64,000 nt of DNA from Flavipsychrobacter sp. (GTDB lineage Bacteria > Bacteroidota > Bacteroidia > Chitinophagales > Chitinophagaceae). A program made the position numbers and the translations under genes. Below are positions 50,981 through 62,668 of this stretch, piece by piece (position 1 is the first letter of the stretch; every line of letters starts with the position of its first letter). The notes below the pieces were generated by a model. That model searched no databases. It was not told where the DNA came from and worked only from the letters and a program-made list of their open reading frames with translations. The stretch spans positions 90,806 to 154,805 of the forward strand of contig JARLGY010000010.1 in NCBI GenBank assembly GCA_031292525.1. Reading direction: 5' to 3'.

Positions 50981-51007
50981 CCGTCTTTTACAAGGAGTAA
51001 AAGACGG
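50981..51007 (-). terminator. Intrinsic terminator of the 3-hydroxyacyl-CoA dehydrogenase gene
   Basis: ccgtctttta/taaaagacgg is a 10-bp stem. The minus strand continues with TTTTTT. Confidence 0.8.
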
Positions 51008-51038
51008 TTCAAACAAACATTTTAATTAATTATAAATA

Positions 51039-52022
51039 TTATATTTTCCAACTCTTATTCTGGAAGCGCTCGCTTACCACCATGTCTTTACTACCGGGGG
51101 TATATTTATAAAAACCTTCACCAGATTTTACTCCATAAAACCCTGCTTGTACCATATTGGCCAGTAATGTTGCCGGTGCATACTTTGTGGCACCAAAGCC
51201 CATGTGCAGCACATTCATTATAGAGTAGCAAGTATCCAGGCCTATAAAGTCTGCAAGCTGCAATGGCCCCATAGGATGCGCCATACCCAGCTTCATTATA
51301 GTGTCTATTTCTGTAACACCTGCAACACCTTCCTGTAAAGACAGGATCGCTTCGTTTATCAATGGCATTAATATACGGTTGGATATAAAGCCAGGATAAT
51401 CATTAACAATACATGGCACTTTACCCAAGTACTGCGACAAGTGGAAAATAGTATTGGTTACTTCAGTTTCAGTTGCGTAGCCGTTTATTATTTCTATAAG
51501 CTTCATTACCGGTACCGGGTTCATGAAGTGCATACCTATTACCTTACCCGGACGTTTTGTATGCGACGCGATCCGTGTAATTGAAATGGATGATGTATTA
51601 GTAGCCAGGATGGTATGTGCAGGGCAAAGTTTATCGAGCTCCAGGAATATTTTCACTTTAAGATCAATATTCTCGGTTGCCGCCTCTACTACCAGGTCAG
51701 CATCCTTCACAGCTTCTACCATATCGGTATATGTAGTGATGCGTGCGAGCGCAGCATGCTTTGCATCCTCAGTTAAGGCACCTTTCAATACCTGGCGATC
51801 CATATTTTTACCAATGGTTACCAGTGCCTTGTCCATAGCGGCCTGGTTAATATCCATCATGTGTACATTAAAGCCGCTTTGTGCAAATACATGAGTGATA
51901 CCGTTACCCATAGTACCAGAACCTATTATGGTTACTGTCTTTAATTGTTGCAACATGTCCTTGGTATTCTGTGTTACCCCGGCACTTTCAATTTTTACCA
52001 TATTATCCTGCAGTTGTGTCAT
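51039..52022 (-). CDS. 3-hydroxybutyryl/3-hydroxyacyl-CoA dehydrogenase
   Basis: Contains IIGSGTMGNGI, NTSS.SIT and PG.V.NR.L blocks. The N-terminal start is uncertain. Confidence 0.85.
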   Translation of the reverse strand: MTQLQDNMVKIESAGVTQNTKDMLQQLKTVTIIGSGTMGNGITHVFAQSGFNVHMMDINQAAMDKALVTIGKNMDRQVLKGALTEDAKHAALARITTYTDMVEAVKDADLVVEAATENIDLKVKIFLELDKLCPAHTILATNTSSISITRIASHTKRPGKVIGMHFMNPVPVMKLIEIINGYATETEVTNTIFHLSQYLGKVPCIVNDYPGFISNRILMPLINEAILSLQEGVAGVTEIDTIMKLGMAHPMGPLQLADFIGLDTCYSIMNVLHMGFGATKYAPATLLANMVQAGFYGVKSGEGFYKYTPGSKDMVVSERFQNKSWKI

Positions 52023-52256
52023 TAAGTAATTTTTATAAAACGTGCCAAAGATAAGTTTTTACTTAATAATGCATTACGTTATCATAAAAGCTAATACACT
52101 ACAGCTATTCACATTCATCACATTCATTCAATTAATTGTATTTAAATACACAGCAAGATAAAATCTCCATTCTACACATCAGAAACATTAAGTTTTTATA
52201 AGGCTTTTTTGCTATCGTTTGTATGGCGAATTGCCTACATTTGAGCGACTGGAATT

Positions 52257-54872
52257 ATGAATATACAGCGCGCTACCCCGGTAAATGAGTTACTGGCAAA
52301 ATTGATCTTCCTGATAGCACCAACTATACTGGTCAGCTATTTTTTGCTCTATAATGCTAATCAATACTATACCATTCTACAAAACCAGGCACTACAGCAA
52401 ACCATTTATCTTGCTGCAGGCATGGGCATATCTGCTTTGCTATACTCATTCCGGTTTCGTTTTCCGCTCACATTCGGGCTATTACTCTTCGGCTTATATG
52501 TTGTTTACAAAGGGCTGGATAAGTATGCCATAGGAGAATTTGATACTTTTTTCATTTCAGTACAGTTCCAGGTATTTGCGGTGCTTTTCCTGGCAGGGTG
52601 GCTTACAGGCTGGGGATTTATCAGGCTTCGGTATTTTTCTGTGTTCATCTCAGCAGCCCTGTTAAGCTCTTGCATATTACTGATAGCTAAAGCCAACGTA
52701 ACTACTGTATATACCCTTATGCGGGCCTTCTCCCCTGCCCTGCTGTTTACTATCTACATTATTTTTACTGCAGAGCAGATCTATAGTTATAAAGACAAAT
52801 CGCAACGATTTTGGTGGTTTCTCACCCGCAGACTGGTTGCATTTGCAGTATTAGCTGCCCTTTTACTGGGTGGGGTTTACTATATAATGCAAAAAGAAAT
52901 AAAGGAAACTGTTGCAAATTACGGTGGTAGTGGTAAGCAGGGCAATGGCATGCTGCACCAGAATAAAGATGGACGTTTTGACCTGAACGACGAAACCCAG
53001 TTACGGGGCAGCATGGGGCGCACTAATGAATTATTGTTCTGCGCTCATATAGCCCATTTCTTCCCGGGCACACAGGTTCCTAACCCATTATATCTTACTG
53101 CGTTTTACTATACTAAATTCGATACACTCACTGAAACATTCGAACGAGACCCTAACATACCATCCAATGACCTTTTCCTTCCCGATGTTTCTAAAATACC
53201 ATTGTTTGTTACTAAAACTGACTCTACAGTTATAAAGAATAGCATGGCTGATAAACTGCGAGAAGTGGTTGAAGTGCAGATATACAATGTAAAACTATCA
53301 AACAACACCTACCTGGCCCCTAATGTCGGGTATTTTGTACAACCGGTTACTGTTGAAAAAGACTTCAGGGGCGAGTTCACCAGCGCATTCAGGGCTAAAA
53401 GTTATGTATCGCTGCTCAACAGCGCCTACTTTGTATATAATGCAATTGACCCGAGCATAAAGAAATTCCAGGAACAACGTTTTAAGGTATTGCGGAATGT
53501 AACAGACTATAAAGGCATGGACACAAAGTTCATGAAGTATTATACCTACATGCCATCTGATGTTAAGTTCAAAGAAATTGCCGACCTGTCGCATAAGGTG
53601 ACTGATAAAGCAATAACACCTGTTGACAAGGTAATAGCCATTCGCGACTACTTCCTTTCAAAAGACGAAAACGGCGATCCTCTTTATAAATACACTGATA
53701 ATCCCGGAGTACCTGATATCCCCAGCGCATCAAAGCTCAGGTACTTCCTGTTCGAGAACCATAAAGGCTACTGCGCTTATTATGCCGGCGCTACCCTATT
53801 CATGTTGCGGGCTTTGGGCATACCATCGCGTATAGCGGTCGGGTTTCTTACCATGGACCGCAGTGATGCCAAAAACAAAGGTTGGTACTGGTACTACGCC
53901 AACCAGGCACATGCTTGGGTGCAGGTCTACTTCCCCGGTTATGGTTGGCTAGACTTTGATACCACCGTTGGTAACAGCGATGCCCAGGAAAGCCCCAAAC
54001 CAGACGGTACGCCACCTAGCCAGCCACCTAAAGCATGGCTGGCAGCCGATGGTATCATCCAAGAATTGGACACCACCAGGAAAACAATGGTGCTGAAGGT
54101 GAAACATATGGTGTTCCAGGACAAGGAATATAACCTACCCGCGCCTATAGACGTGAATATGGATCTGAAAATAGCTGCCATAAGGCGCGACAGCATAGAT
54201 GTACCGCTGGCTACTATTGAGAAGGGAGAAGAAGCCACGGCCGTGTCTTATGCCGAAGCTTTCAAAAAAATGGTTCCCGGCGATAACGAGAGTGGGACTT
54301 CATTAATAAAAAGGTTCCCAAATCCAGCCCCTATTGATGAGGTGTACCTGAAAATTAAAGATGTAACCAAACCGCCTGAACAAAAAATAGTGGCACAGGC
54401 GGCAAAACCAGTGCCCTTATCACATATACTTTGGATAACAGGTGGCATATTTGGGGCACTTATACTGTTGATGTTATCATTGCCATATACTATATACCTA
54501 TATTTTAAAAGCAGGTACAATAGCGCTAAGAATGATGGGGCAAAAGCATATTGGGGATACAGAACAGCAACTTACTACCTGCACCAAGTAGGTATATACA
54601 GAGGCTTATCTACCCCAATGCAGTATGCAAGGCAGGTTGTAGATCCACGGTTTGGCACCTCGTTATCTGTATTTATGAATGCATACCTAAAGAATAAATA
54701 TGCGAAACAGGAATTAACTGCACAGGAAAAAGAAACTGTACATCATTTTCTTGCTCCTTTCCTTAAAACAGTGCGTGCACAAATAAAGCCCGGCAAGCGT
54801 TTCGCGGGTTTTATAAACCCTATGCGTACTGTTAGCTTTTTTGTAATGCCCGAAGAGGAAAAAGAAATGTAA
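52257..54872 (+). CDS. Membrane-anchored transglutaminase-like domain protein
   Basis: It has N-terminal multi-TM helices. The core has the Cys block GYCAYYAGATLFMLRALGIPSRIAVGF and the His/Asp block AHAWVQVYFPGYGWLDFDTT. Confidence 0.85.
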   Translation: MNIQRATPVNELLAKLIFLIAPTILVSYFLLYNANQYYTILQNQALQQTIYLAAGMGISALLYSFRFRFPLTFGLLLFGLYVVYKGLDKYAIGEFDTFFISVQFQVFAVLFLAGWLTGWGFIRLRYFSVFISAALLSSCILLIAKANVTTVYTLMRAFSPALLFTIYIIFTAEQIYSYKDKSQRFWWFLTRRLVAFAVLAALLLGGVYYIMQKEIKETVANYGGSGKQGNGMLHQNKDGRFDLNDETQLRGSMGRTNELLFCAHIAHFFPGTQVPNPLYLTAFYYTKFDTLTETFERDPNIPSNDLFLPDVSKIPLFVTKTDSTVIKNSMADKLREVVEVQIYNVKLSNNTYLAPNVGYFVQPVTVEKDFRGEFTSAFRAKSYVSLLNSAYFVYNAIDPSIKKFQEQRFKVLRNVTDYKGMDTKFMKYYTYMPSDVKFKEIADLSHKVTDKAITPVDKVIAIRDYFLSKDENGDPLYKYTDNPGVPDIPSASKLRYFLFENHKGYCAYYAGATLFMLRALGIPSRIAVGFLTMDRSDAKNKGWYWYYANQAHAWVQVYFPGYGWLDFDTTVGNSDAQESPKPDGTPPSQPPKAWLAADGIIQELDTTRKTMVLKVKHMVFQDKEYNLPAPIDVNMDLKIAAIRRDSIDVPLATIEKGEEATAVSYAEAFKKMVPGDNESGTSLIKRFPNPAPIDEVYLKIKDVTKPPEQKIVAQAAKPVPLSHILWITGGIFGALILLMLSLPYTIYLYFKSRYNSAKNDGAKAYWGYRTATYYLHQVGIYRGLSTPMQYARQVVDPRFGTSLSVFMNAYLKNKYAKQELTAQEKETVHHFLAPFLKTVRAQIKPGKRFAGFINPMRTVSFFVMPEEEKEM

Positions 54873-54944
54873 GTTTGGGGTATTTTTACGCGTACGCACG
54901 CAGTTACCAGCAGTATTAAAGAACTGATCTAAAATCATATTACG

Positions 54945-57230
54945 TTGACTAAAACACAAAAACAAAGCCCTTCCACAGGTCGCGCCAAAAGGTCGGTGCG
55001 CATATTATGGGCTGCGTTTTTTATAGGAATTGCTTCCCTTGCGTTGCTTGTTATCATGCTCAATTCTGGCTGGCTGGGCTACATGCCTTCCATGTACGAG
55101 CTTGAAAACCCAAGTAGTGCCCTGTCTTCTGACGTATATGCAGCTGATGGTACGCTCATAGGCCGGTACTATGTACAAGACAGATCGAACAGTAAGTACA
55201 CAGAAATATCTCCTAATGTATTCAATGCATTGCTGGCTACAGAAGATGCCCGTTTTTTTGAACACTCAGGTATAGACCCTATAGGCACAGTTGCCATACC
55301 ATTTTATATAATGACGGGCAAAAAACGTGGCTCATCTACAATAACCCAGCAGTTAGCCAAAAATCTGTTTCATCGTAAGAATGAAAATGTCTTCACCCTG
55401 CCATTCATCAAACTGAAAGAATGGATCATGGCTGTAAAACTGGAACGCAACCTTACCAAAAGTGAGATCATTACGCTATACCTGAACACTGTACCTTATA
55501 GTGATAACGTTTATGGTATCAAGAATGCATCGATGACGTTTTACAATAAAACGCCCGACAAACTGAACATTGAAGAAGCTGCAGTTTTGATAGGTATGCT
55601 GAAAGGCAATACGCTTTATAATCCACGCCGCCACCTGGCAAAGGCTACTGAAAGACGCAACGTTGTTCTGGACCAAATGGCCAAGTACAATTATATAAGC
55701 AACAGGCAAGATGAAGATCTAAGCAAACAACCTATAAAGCTTGATTACCATAAACAAGATTACCATGAGGGTATAGCCCCTTACTTCAGGCAAGTTGTGG
55801 AAGCACAAGTGAAACTGCTGTGTAAAGACCTGAAGAAGCCCGATGGCACCCCTTACGACTTGTATAAAGACGGGTTGAAAATATATACAACGCTCGATAT
55901 AAAAATGCAACACTATGCTGAAGAAGCGGTGCAAGAGCACATGAGCGATGTACAGAAACTGTTTGTTGCCCAAGCGGCCTATAAAGACGGCAGCATTTGG
56001 AATGCCCCTGAAGTTAAGACCATTCTGAAAGCGGCTATTGCTAATTGCGACCGGTACCAAATGCTGAAGGATGACGACATGACCGATGAACAGGCGCTTA
56101 GAGAAATGGCTAAACCCATAAAGATGCGTGTGTTTGCCTGGAACGATGTGCACTACAAGGATACAGTAATGAGCCCTATCGATTCTATAAAATACATGAA
56201 GGTTTTCTTACAGGCAGGCTTTATGGCTATGGATCCATTCACTGGTGAAGTGAAAGCCTGGGTGGGCGGCATAGACCATACTTTTTTCCAGTACGATCAC
56301 GTAAATATCAACACCAAACGCCAAGTAGGTTCAACTATAAAACCACTATTATATTGCCTTGCTGTTGACAATGGTTTTTCGCCATGCGGCACAGTGTCAA
56401 CTGCTCCCCAGTCGTTCCCGGGATACATGAACCACCCTTATGATGCTGGTGGCTCAGAACATGGAGATGTGACCATGAAGTACGCACTGGCACTATCTTT
56501 AAACAACGCTGCGCTTTATATACTAAAACAAGTAGGTATCCCGGCATTTGTTGACTTTGTACACAAATGTGGTATTTCTAATATTGACAAGTATCCAGCG
56601 TCAGCCCTTGGTGTTTCAGATATATCTCTATATGAAATGCTGGGCGCTTACAGTATGTTCCCTAGCGGCGGTATCAACACCCAGCCCTATTATATCACCA
56701 AGATCGAGGATAAGAACGGCACCCTGCTTAAAAATTTTACTCCTATACAAAAAGAGATCATCAATGCAGGCACAGCCTACAGGATGGTGAACCTGATGCG
56801 CGGAGTTGTTGATTTTGGTACGGGTAAACGTATGCGTTACCGCTATGGTATAAAAAGCGATATAGCTGGCAAAACAGGTACTACCAATAACCAGGCCGAT
56901 GCATGGTTTATTGGCTATACACCACAGCTTATTGCAGGTACATGGGTAGGTTGCGATGACCGCGTATTCCGTTTTAAGAGCGAGGCTTTAGGACAAGGCT
57001 CTGCCGCGGCATTACCTGTGTGGGCTTACTTCATAAAACGTGTTTATGCAGACAGGTCGCTAGGCATAAGTCCCGAAGCTACATTTAAGGTGCCATCTGG
57101 TTATAACGACTGCGATGTTACCGACCCTACAAGCGGGGCACGCAGCAGCACTTACTATAGCAATGGCCTGGTACCTAATAGTAAAGACACCAGCGACCCA
57201 ATAGAAACCGCCCCGCCGGAGAATGAATAA
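54945..57230 (+). CDS. Class A penicillin-binding protein (PBP1A; transglycosylase plus transpeptidase)
   Basis: Contains EDARFFEHSGID, GSTITQQLAKN, STIKP and KTGTT. It uses a TTG start in the ORF track. Confidence 0.9.
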   Translation: MTKTQKQSPSTGRAKRSVRILWAAFFIGIASLALLVIMLNSGWLGYMPSMYELENPSSALSSDVYAADGTLIGRYYVQDRSNSKYTEISPNVFNALLATEDARFFEHSGIDPIGTVAIPFYIMTGKKRGSSTITQQLAKNLFHRKNENVFTLPFIKLKEWIMAVKLERNLTKSEIITLYLNTVPYSDNVYGIKNASMTFYNKTPDKLNIEEAAVLIGMLKGNTLYNPRRHLAKATERRNVVLDQMAKYNYISNRQDEDLSKQPIKLDYHKQDYHEGIAPYFRQVVEAQVKLLCKDLKKPDGTPYDLYKDGLKIYTTLDIKMQHYAEEAVQEHMSDVQKLFVAQAAYKDGSIWNAPEVKTILKAAIANCDRYQMLKDDDMTDEQALREMAKPIKMRVFAWNDVHYKDTVMSPIDSIKYMKVFLQAGFMAMDPFTGEVKAWVGGIDHTFFQYDHVNINTKRQVGSTIKPLLYCLAVDNGFSPCGTVSTAPQSFPGYMNHPYDAGGSEHGDVTMKYALALSLNNAALYILKQVGIPAFVDFVHKCGISNIDKYPASALGVSDISLYEMLGAYSMFPSGGINTQPYYITKIEDKNGTLLKNFTPIQKEIINAGTAYRMVNLMRGVVDFGTGKRMRYRYGIKSDIAGKTGTTNNQADAWFIGYTPQLIAGTWVGCDDRVFRFKSEALGQGSAAALPVWAYFIKRVYADRSLGISPEATFKVPSGYNDCDVTDPTSGARSSTYYSNGLVPNSKDTSDPIETAPPENE

Positions 57231-57263
57231 CAATACTCCCTGCATAAACGTTAAACAGATTAG

Positions 57264-58484
57264 ATGATAGTAAAGGGAAAAATAATTAATGACCCCGTTT
57301 ATGGTTTCCTGCGTTTTCCTGAACCCGAATTATTGCAACTTATAGAGCATCCCTGGTTTCAGAGGTTGCGTAACATAAAGCAAATGGGTATGGCAGCCTT
57401 GGTTTACCCCGGCGCTGTACATACACGTTTCCATCACTCATTAGGGGCCTGTCACCTTATGGGTAAGGCGCTTGACGAATTAAAGACAAAGGGTGTACAC
57501 ATATCTAATGAAGAATGTCTTGCTGCACGTATAGCAGCTTTGCTGCACGACATAGGTCACGGCCCTTTCTCGCATGCCCTTGAGCATACGCTTGTAGGAG
57601 GCATATCGCACGAAGCTTTATCGCACCTCATCATGATGAGGTTGAACACGGAAATGGATGGCATGCTTGAAAAAGCCATACAAGTCTTCGATCATTCTTA
57701 CCATTTAAAGTACCTACACCAGTTAGTATCCAGCCAGTTGGATGTGGACAGGATGGATTATCTGAATCGCGATAGTTTTTACACCGGTGTATCAGAAGGA
57801 GTTATTGGGTATGACCGCATTTTGCAGATGCTTACCGTTGTAAACGGTGAGTTGATGGTGGAAGAAAAGGGAATACATTCCATAGAAAAATTCATCATAG
57901 CCCGCAGGTTGATGTACCAGCAAGTGTACCTGCACAAAACAGTGCTTGGCGCTGAACAATTATTGATAAAAATACTTGAACGTGCAAAATACCTGGTTGC
58001 CGAAGGTGCTATTTTATTTGCTACACCGGCACTTGGCTACTTCTTATATAAAGATTTGACTATAGAAGATTTCAGGAACGAACCTGAACATCTGAAAAGG
58101 TTTTGCGAATTAGACGATTCTGATGTTTTTGCAGCTATTAAGACCTGGCAGGAACATGAAGATTTTGTATTATCTAATCTATGTAAGATGATGGTATTGC
58201 GAAAATTGTATAAGGTTATATTAGATTCCAAACCTTTAACAGATATTTTTAACCGCAAAAAAGAAGAATTCTCATCCAAATTACACATAAATAATAACAA
58301 CATAAGTTATTTTGTTTTTACAGGCGAAACCTCTAACAATACCTACAACACTACCGATGAGCGGATACAGATAGCTTTAAAAAATGGCACAGTAAAAGAT
58401 ATTTCAGAAATTGATTATTCATTAGTTACCCAAACACTTGCGAGGCCCGTACATAAGAACTACATTTGCTACGCCCAAATTTGA
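57264..58484 (+). CDS. HD-domain phosphohydrolase (dNTP triphosphohydrolase-like)
   Basis: Contains RFHHSLG, LLHDIGHGPFSH and DVDRMDYLNRDS. Confidence 0.85.
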   Translation: MIVKGKIINDPVYGFLRFPEPELLQLIEHPWFQRLRNIKQMGMAALVYPGAVHTRFHHSLGACHLMGKALDELKTKGVHISNEECLAARIAALLHDIGHGPFSHALEHTLVGGISHEALSHLIMMRLNTEMDGMLEKAIQVFDHSYHLKYLHQLVSSQLDVDRMDYLNRDSFYTGVSEGVIGYDRILQMLTVVNGELMVEEKGIHSIEKFIIARRLMYQQVYLHKTVLGAEQLLIKILERAKYLVAEGAILFATPALGYFLYKDLTIEDFRNEPEHLKRFCELDDSDVFAAIKTWQEHEDFVLSNLCKMMVLRKLYKVILDSKPLTDIFNRKKEEFSSKLHINNNNISYFVFTGETSNNTYNTTDERIQIALKNGTVKDISEIDYSLVTQTLARPVHKNYICYAQI

Positions 58485-58559
58485 AAATTTGGAATAATTA
58501 TTGATTAAAAGTATTTGTTTTGTACTTCATCAAACAAAGTTTGTAATTTCATTAGATCC

Positions 58560-59633
58560 ATGCAGTTTACCGCTTTACAAATAGCAACATTAATAAAAGG
58601 AAAAATTGAGGGCAATCCTGACGTTAAGGTAAGCCATGTAGCCAAAATTGAAGAAGCCAAAGAACACTCTCTTAGTTTTATAGCCAACCCTAAGTACGAA
58701 GAATTTCTTTACACCTCGAATGCGTCAGTAATTATTATAAATGATTCATTCGAATTGTTGAAGCCCGTAACTGCCACCCTGATAAGGGTGAAAGACGCAT
58801 ATAGTGGCTTTGCGTTGTTGCTGGAAAAGTACAACGAAATGATATCACGGACAGGCAAAAATGGTATTGAACAGCCATGCTTTGTATCTAAAACTGCTTC
58901 GATTGGTAAAAATGTTTATATCGGCGCCTTTGCCTACATTGGCGATAATGTAATGATAGGCGATGGCGTGAAAATATATCCTGGTTGCTATATAGGCGAC
59001 AATGTGGTGATCAATGAGAATTCAAAATTGTACGCAGGTGTAAAAATATACGATGGTTGCTCTTTGGGCAGTCGGGTTATTATACATTCGGGTACTGTAA
59101 TAGGTGGCGATGGGTTTGGTTTTGCACCACAGAACGATGGTGTATACAAAAAAGTACCACAGATAGGCAATGTGATCATTGAAGACGATGTGGAAATAGG
59201 CGCTAACACTACAGTTGACAGGGCTACAATGGGTTCTACTTACATTCGTAAAGGGGTGAAGCTGGATAACCTGATACAGATAGCCCACAACGTAGAGATA
59301 GGAGAAAACACTGTTATCGCTGCACAGTCGGGCGTATCGGGCAGTACAAAAGTAGGTAAGAACTGTATGATAGGTGGACAGGTAGGCATTGTAGGGCATA
59401 TAAACATTGCAGACGGCACCCGTATAGGCGCCAAAAGCGGTATATCTAAGTCTGTTACTGTACCCTACGCTGCTATTAATGGCAGCCCTGCGTTTGAATA
59501 TAAAAGTTCACTGAAAAGTCAGGCAATTTTTAGAAATTTGCCCGAATTACATCAACGGCTTTTAAAAATGGAAGAAATGGTACAGGAGCTGACCGCTTTA
59601 TTAAATAATCAAAACCTGGAAGTAAAGAAGTGA
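58560..59633 (+). CDS. lpxD: UDP-3-O-acylglucosamine N-acyltransferase
   Basis: It has hexapeptide repeats, and the N-terminus [19 protein letters not shown] is typical. The start is moved from 58515. Confidence 0.9.
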   Translation: MQFTALQIATLIKGKIEGNPDVKVSHVAKIEEAKEHSLSFIANPKYEEFLYTSNASVIIINDSFELLKPVTATLIRVKDAYSGFALLLEKYNEMISRTGKNGIEQPCFVSKTASIGKNVYIGAFAYIGDNVMIGDGVKIYPGCYIGDNVVINENSKLYAGVKIYDGCSLGSRVIIHSGTVIGGDGFGFAPQNDGVYKKVPQIGNVIIEDDVEIGANTTVDRATMGSTYIRKGVKLDNLIQIAHNVEIGENTVIAAQSGVSGSTKVGKNCMIGGQVGIVGHINIADGTRIGAKSGISKSVTVPYAAINGSPAFEYKSSLKSQAIFRNLPELHQRLLKMEEMVQELTALLNNQNLEVKK

Positions 59634-61099
59634 ACGTAGATATAACATCTAAAGCAGAGACAAGAAAAAAACATTCAGACCACGTGTCACAATATACATC
59701 TCCCCAAAATCAGCAAACCATAAAGGGTCCTGTTACCCTGCATGGCGTGGGGCTACATACAGGACAGCAGGTAAACATGACGTTGAAACCCGCTATACCA
59801 GGCTATGGTATCCGCTTTCAGCGTATAGACCTTCCGGAAAAACCAATAGTTAAAGCTGACGTTGATTTTGTAGTAGATACCTCAAGAGGTACTACAATTG
59901 AATATAATGGTGCACGTGTAAGCACAATTGAGCATACGCTTGCCGCATTGGTAGGTATGGATATTGACAACGTGCTTATAGAGTTGGATGGTCCTGAAGT
60001 ACCGATACTGGATGGCAGCGCACGCGAAATAATTGAAGCCATAGAGAGCGTAGGCGTACAGGAACTGGAGGCAAAACGTATAGTTTATGCAATAGACAGC
60101 AACATACATTACTACGATCCTACAAAGAACGTAGATATGCTGGCTGTACCTTCTACAGATTACCAGATCACAACGCTCATAGACTTTAATTCACCGGTTT
60201 TGGGTACGCAGCATGCCACCCTGAAACACATGTCTGAATTCAAGGAAGAAATTGGCCCATGCCGCACATTTTGCTTTCTGCATGAGCTGGAATATTTGCT
60301 GGACAACAACCTGATAAAAGGTGGTGACCTGAGCAATGCAATAGTTGTGGTAGATAAAGTGGTGGGTCAGGACGAACTGAACAGACTAGCCAAGGTCTTC
60401 AACAAGAAAAAAATAGAAGTAAAACAGGAAGGCATCCTGAATAATATACAGCTTCATTTCACCAACGAGCCTGCACGCCACAAACTGCTTGATGTAGTGG
60501 GCGACCTGGCATTGGTAGGTTACAATATAAAAGCACACATCATTGCCAGCCGTCCAGGCCACGCATCAAATGTTGAGTTTGCCAGGAAGATCAAGCAATA
60601 CATAAAAAAGAACAAGCATCTTTCTGATGTACCGCATTACGATCCGGGACAACAGGCTATTTACGATATCGCACAAATAGAACGCGCATTACCACATAAA
60701 TTTCCGTTCCTGTTTGTTGATAAGATCATAGAACTGAGTGATAACCACGTTGTAGGTATTAAGAATGTTACGTTTAACGAGCATTTCTTCCAGGGCCATT
60801 TTCCTGGTAACCCTGTAATGCCGGGTGTGTTGCAGATAGAAGCGCTTGCCCAGACAGGTGGCATACTTGCGCTAAATAACTACGATGATCCTGAAAACTA
60901 TGATACCTACTTTATAAAGATAGATAAGGTAAGGTTTAAGCATAGAGTACTGCCAGGCGATACACTAATATTGAAACTTGAATTACTAAACCCAATAAGG
61001 CGTGGTATATGTGAGATGAGGGGAACTGCTTATGTGGGTAATAAACTGGCTACCGAAGCTGAATTGGTAGCACAAATCGTTCGAAAAGATAAGAAATGA
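59630..61099 (+). CDS. lpxC-fabZ: Bifunctional UDP-3-O-acyl-GlcNAc deacetylase / 3-hydroxyacyl-ACP dehydratase
   Basis: The LpxC block is GVGLHTG, and HKLLD is also present. The FabZ block is [16 protein letters not shown]. The exact start is uncertain. Confidence 0.9.
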   Translation: MNVDITSKAETRKKHSDHVSQYTSPQNQQTIKGPVTLHGVGLHTGQQVNMTLKPAIPGYGIRFQRIDLPEKPIVKADVDFVVDTSRGTTIEYNGARVSTIEHTLAALVGMDIDNVLIELDGPEVPILDGSAREIIEAIESVGVQELEAKRIVYAIDSNIHYYDPTKNVDMLAVPSTDYQITTLIDFNSPVLGTQHATLKHMSEFKEEIGPCRTFCFLHELEYLLDNNLIKGGDLSNAIVVVDKVVGQDELNRLAKVFNKKKIEVKQEGILNNIQLHFTNEPARHKLLDVVGDLALVGYNIKAHIIASRPGHASNVEFARKIKQYIKKNKHLSDVPHYDPGQQAIYDIAQIERALPHKFPFLFVDKIIELSDNHVVGIKNVTFNEHFFQGHFPGNPVMPGVLQIEALAQTGGILALNNYDDPENYDTYFIKIDKVRFKHRVLPGDTLILKLELLNPIRRGICEMRGTAYVGNKLATEAELVAQIVRKDKK

Positions 61100-61896
61100 T
61101 CCACCCGCTTACATACGTTCATCCGGACGCTAAAATAGCGCCCAATGTAAATATAGACCCCTTTACCACCATTCATAAGAATGTGGAGATAGGAGAAGGT
61201 ACCTGGATAGGTTCCAATGTGACCATAATGGAAGGCGCCCGTATTGGTAAAAACTGCCGTATATTTCCAAGTTCAGTTATTTCTGCCATTCCGCAGGACC
61301 TTAAGTACAAGGGCGAAGATACGCTGACCATTATAGGCGATAATACTACCATCCGCGAGTGTGTTACCATAAACAGGGGCACATCTGATAAGAATAAGAC
61401 CAAAATAGGCAATAACTGCCTTATAATGGCCTATACCCACATAGCTCACGATTGCGAGATCGGCAACTACTGTATATTTTCTAACAACACTACCCTTGCC
61501 GGGCATATCATTGTAGGCGACCACGTAGTGCTTGCTGGCCTGACGGCTGTGCAGCAGTTCGTACGTATAGGCTCACACGCTTTTGTCACTGGTGGCTCGC
61601 TGGTACGTAAAGATGTACCACCTTATGTTAAGGCTGCCCGCGAACCATTGTCTTATGTTGGTGTAAACTCTGTAGGTCTTAAACGCAGGGGCTACAGCAT
61701 TGATAAGATCAATCATATACTGGATATATACCGTATCTTGTTTGTTCGTGGCTTCAATGTTTCAAAGGCGCTCAGCATCATTGAGACAGACATTCCGGTT
61801 TCAGATGAGCGCGATGAGATCATCAGTTTTGTACGGGAAACCGGACGGGGCATCATGAAAGGCTACATACGCCGCCACAATGAAGATATCCCTTGA
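61096..61896 (+). CDS. lpxA: Acyl-ACP--UDP-N-acetylglucosamine O-acyltransferase
   Basis: It has hexapeptide repeats, an IHP.A.I N-terminus and the lpx-operon context. Confidence 0.9.
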   Translation: MIHPLTYVHPDAKIAPNVNIDPFTTIHKNVEIGEGTWIGSNVTIMEGARIGKNCRIFPSSVISAIPQDLKYKGEDTLTIIGDNTTIRECVTINRGTSDKNKTKIGNNCLIMAYTHIAHDCEIGNYCIFSNNTTLAGHIIVGDHVVLAGLTAVQQFVRIGSHAFVTGGSLVRKDVPPYVKAAREPLSYVGVNSVGLKRRGYSIDKINHILDIYRILFVRGFNVSKALSIIETDIPVSDERDEIISFVRETGRGIMKGYIRRHNEDIP

Positions 61897-62497
61897 TCAT
61901 ATAAGTAAACGCTTCCAGCAACACTGGATATTTAAAGAAGTTACTTACACATTTTCTGCACCCGGCGCATATGCCCTTCTGGGGCCTAACGGCAGTGGGA
62001 AGTCAACCTTATTGCGTATAATAGCCGGGATGCAAGGGCCTTCTCTGGGAAAAGTACATTATACAACCAACGATAAACCAGTTGGCTTAGACAGCATCTT
62101 CCCGTATATTAGTTTTTCAGCACCGGGCATGGAGCTGGTTGAAGAATTGACATTAAGAGAGTTTCTCGAGTTCCATTTTTCGTTCAAGAAACCGTTGCCA
62201 GGATTAGATATTGAATCTATTATAGAAATATCGGGGCTGCAGGCGGCGGCAAATAAACCCATAGCAGATTATTCCAGCGGCATGAAACAACGGGTAAAAC
62301 TGATACAGGCCATCTTCAGCGATACTCCCGTGCTACTCCTGGATGAACCTTGCAGCAACCTGGACCAGCAAGGTGTTGACCAGTATCGTGAGTGGATGGA
62401 AAAATATACTTCAGGCCGTCTCGTAATCATAGCTTCTAACGATGTACGAGAATATTTTTTCTGCAGAGAGATTTTAGTTGTAGAAGACTATCGTTAA
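61880..62497 (+). CDS. ABC transporter ATP-binding protein (no adjacent permease)
   Basis: Walker A GPNGSGKST, signature YSSGMKQR and Walker B LLLDEP are present. Confidence 0.85.
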   Translation: MKISLDHISKRFQQHWIFKEVTYTFSAPGAYALLGPNGSGKSTLLRIIAGMQGPSLGKVHYTTNDKPVGLDSIFPYISFSAPGMELVEELTLREFLEFHFSFKKPLPGLDIESIIEISGLQAAANKPIADYSSGMKQRVKLIQAIFSDTPVLLLDEPCSNLDQQGVDQYREWMEKYTSGRLVIIASNDVREYFFCREILVVEDYR

Positions 62498-62668
62498 GGA
62501 ATTATTTATAAAGATAAACAAAACAGTCTTTTATAATATAAGGGCACGGTTTTACACGTAGTAAATATTAGCAGCATCTTAATTGATTTGAAGTAAATGA
62601 TTGAATGCGAGATTGTGATCATCACCATCCGTTTTATTATTTACACACTACCTGCTCTTGCAAGAAAC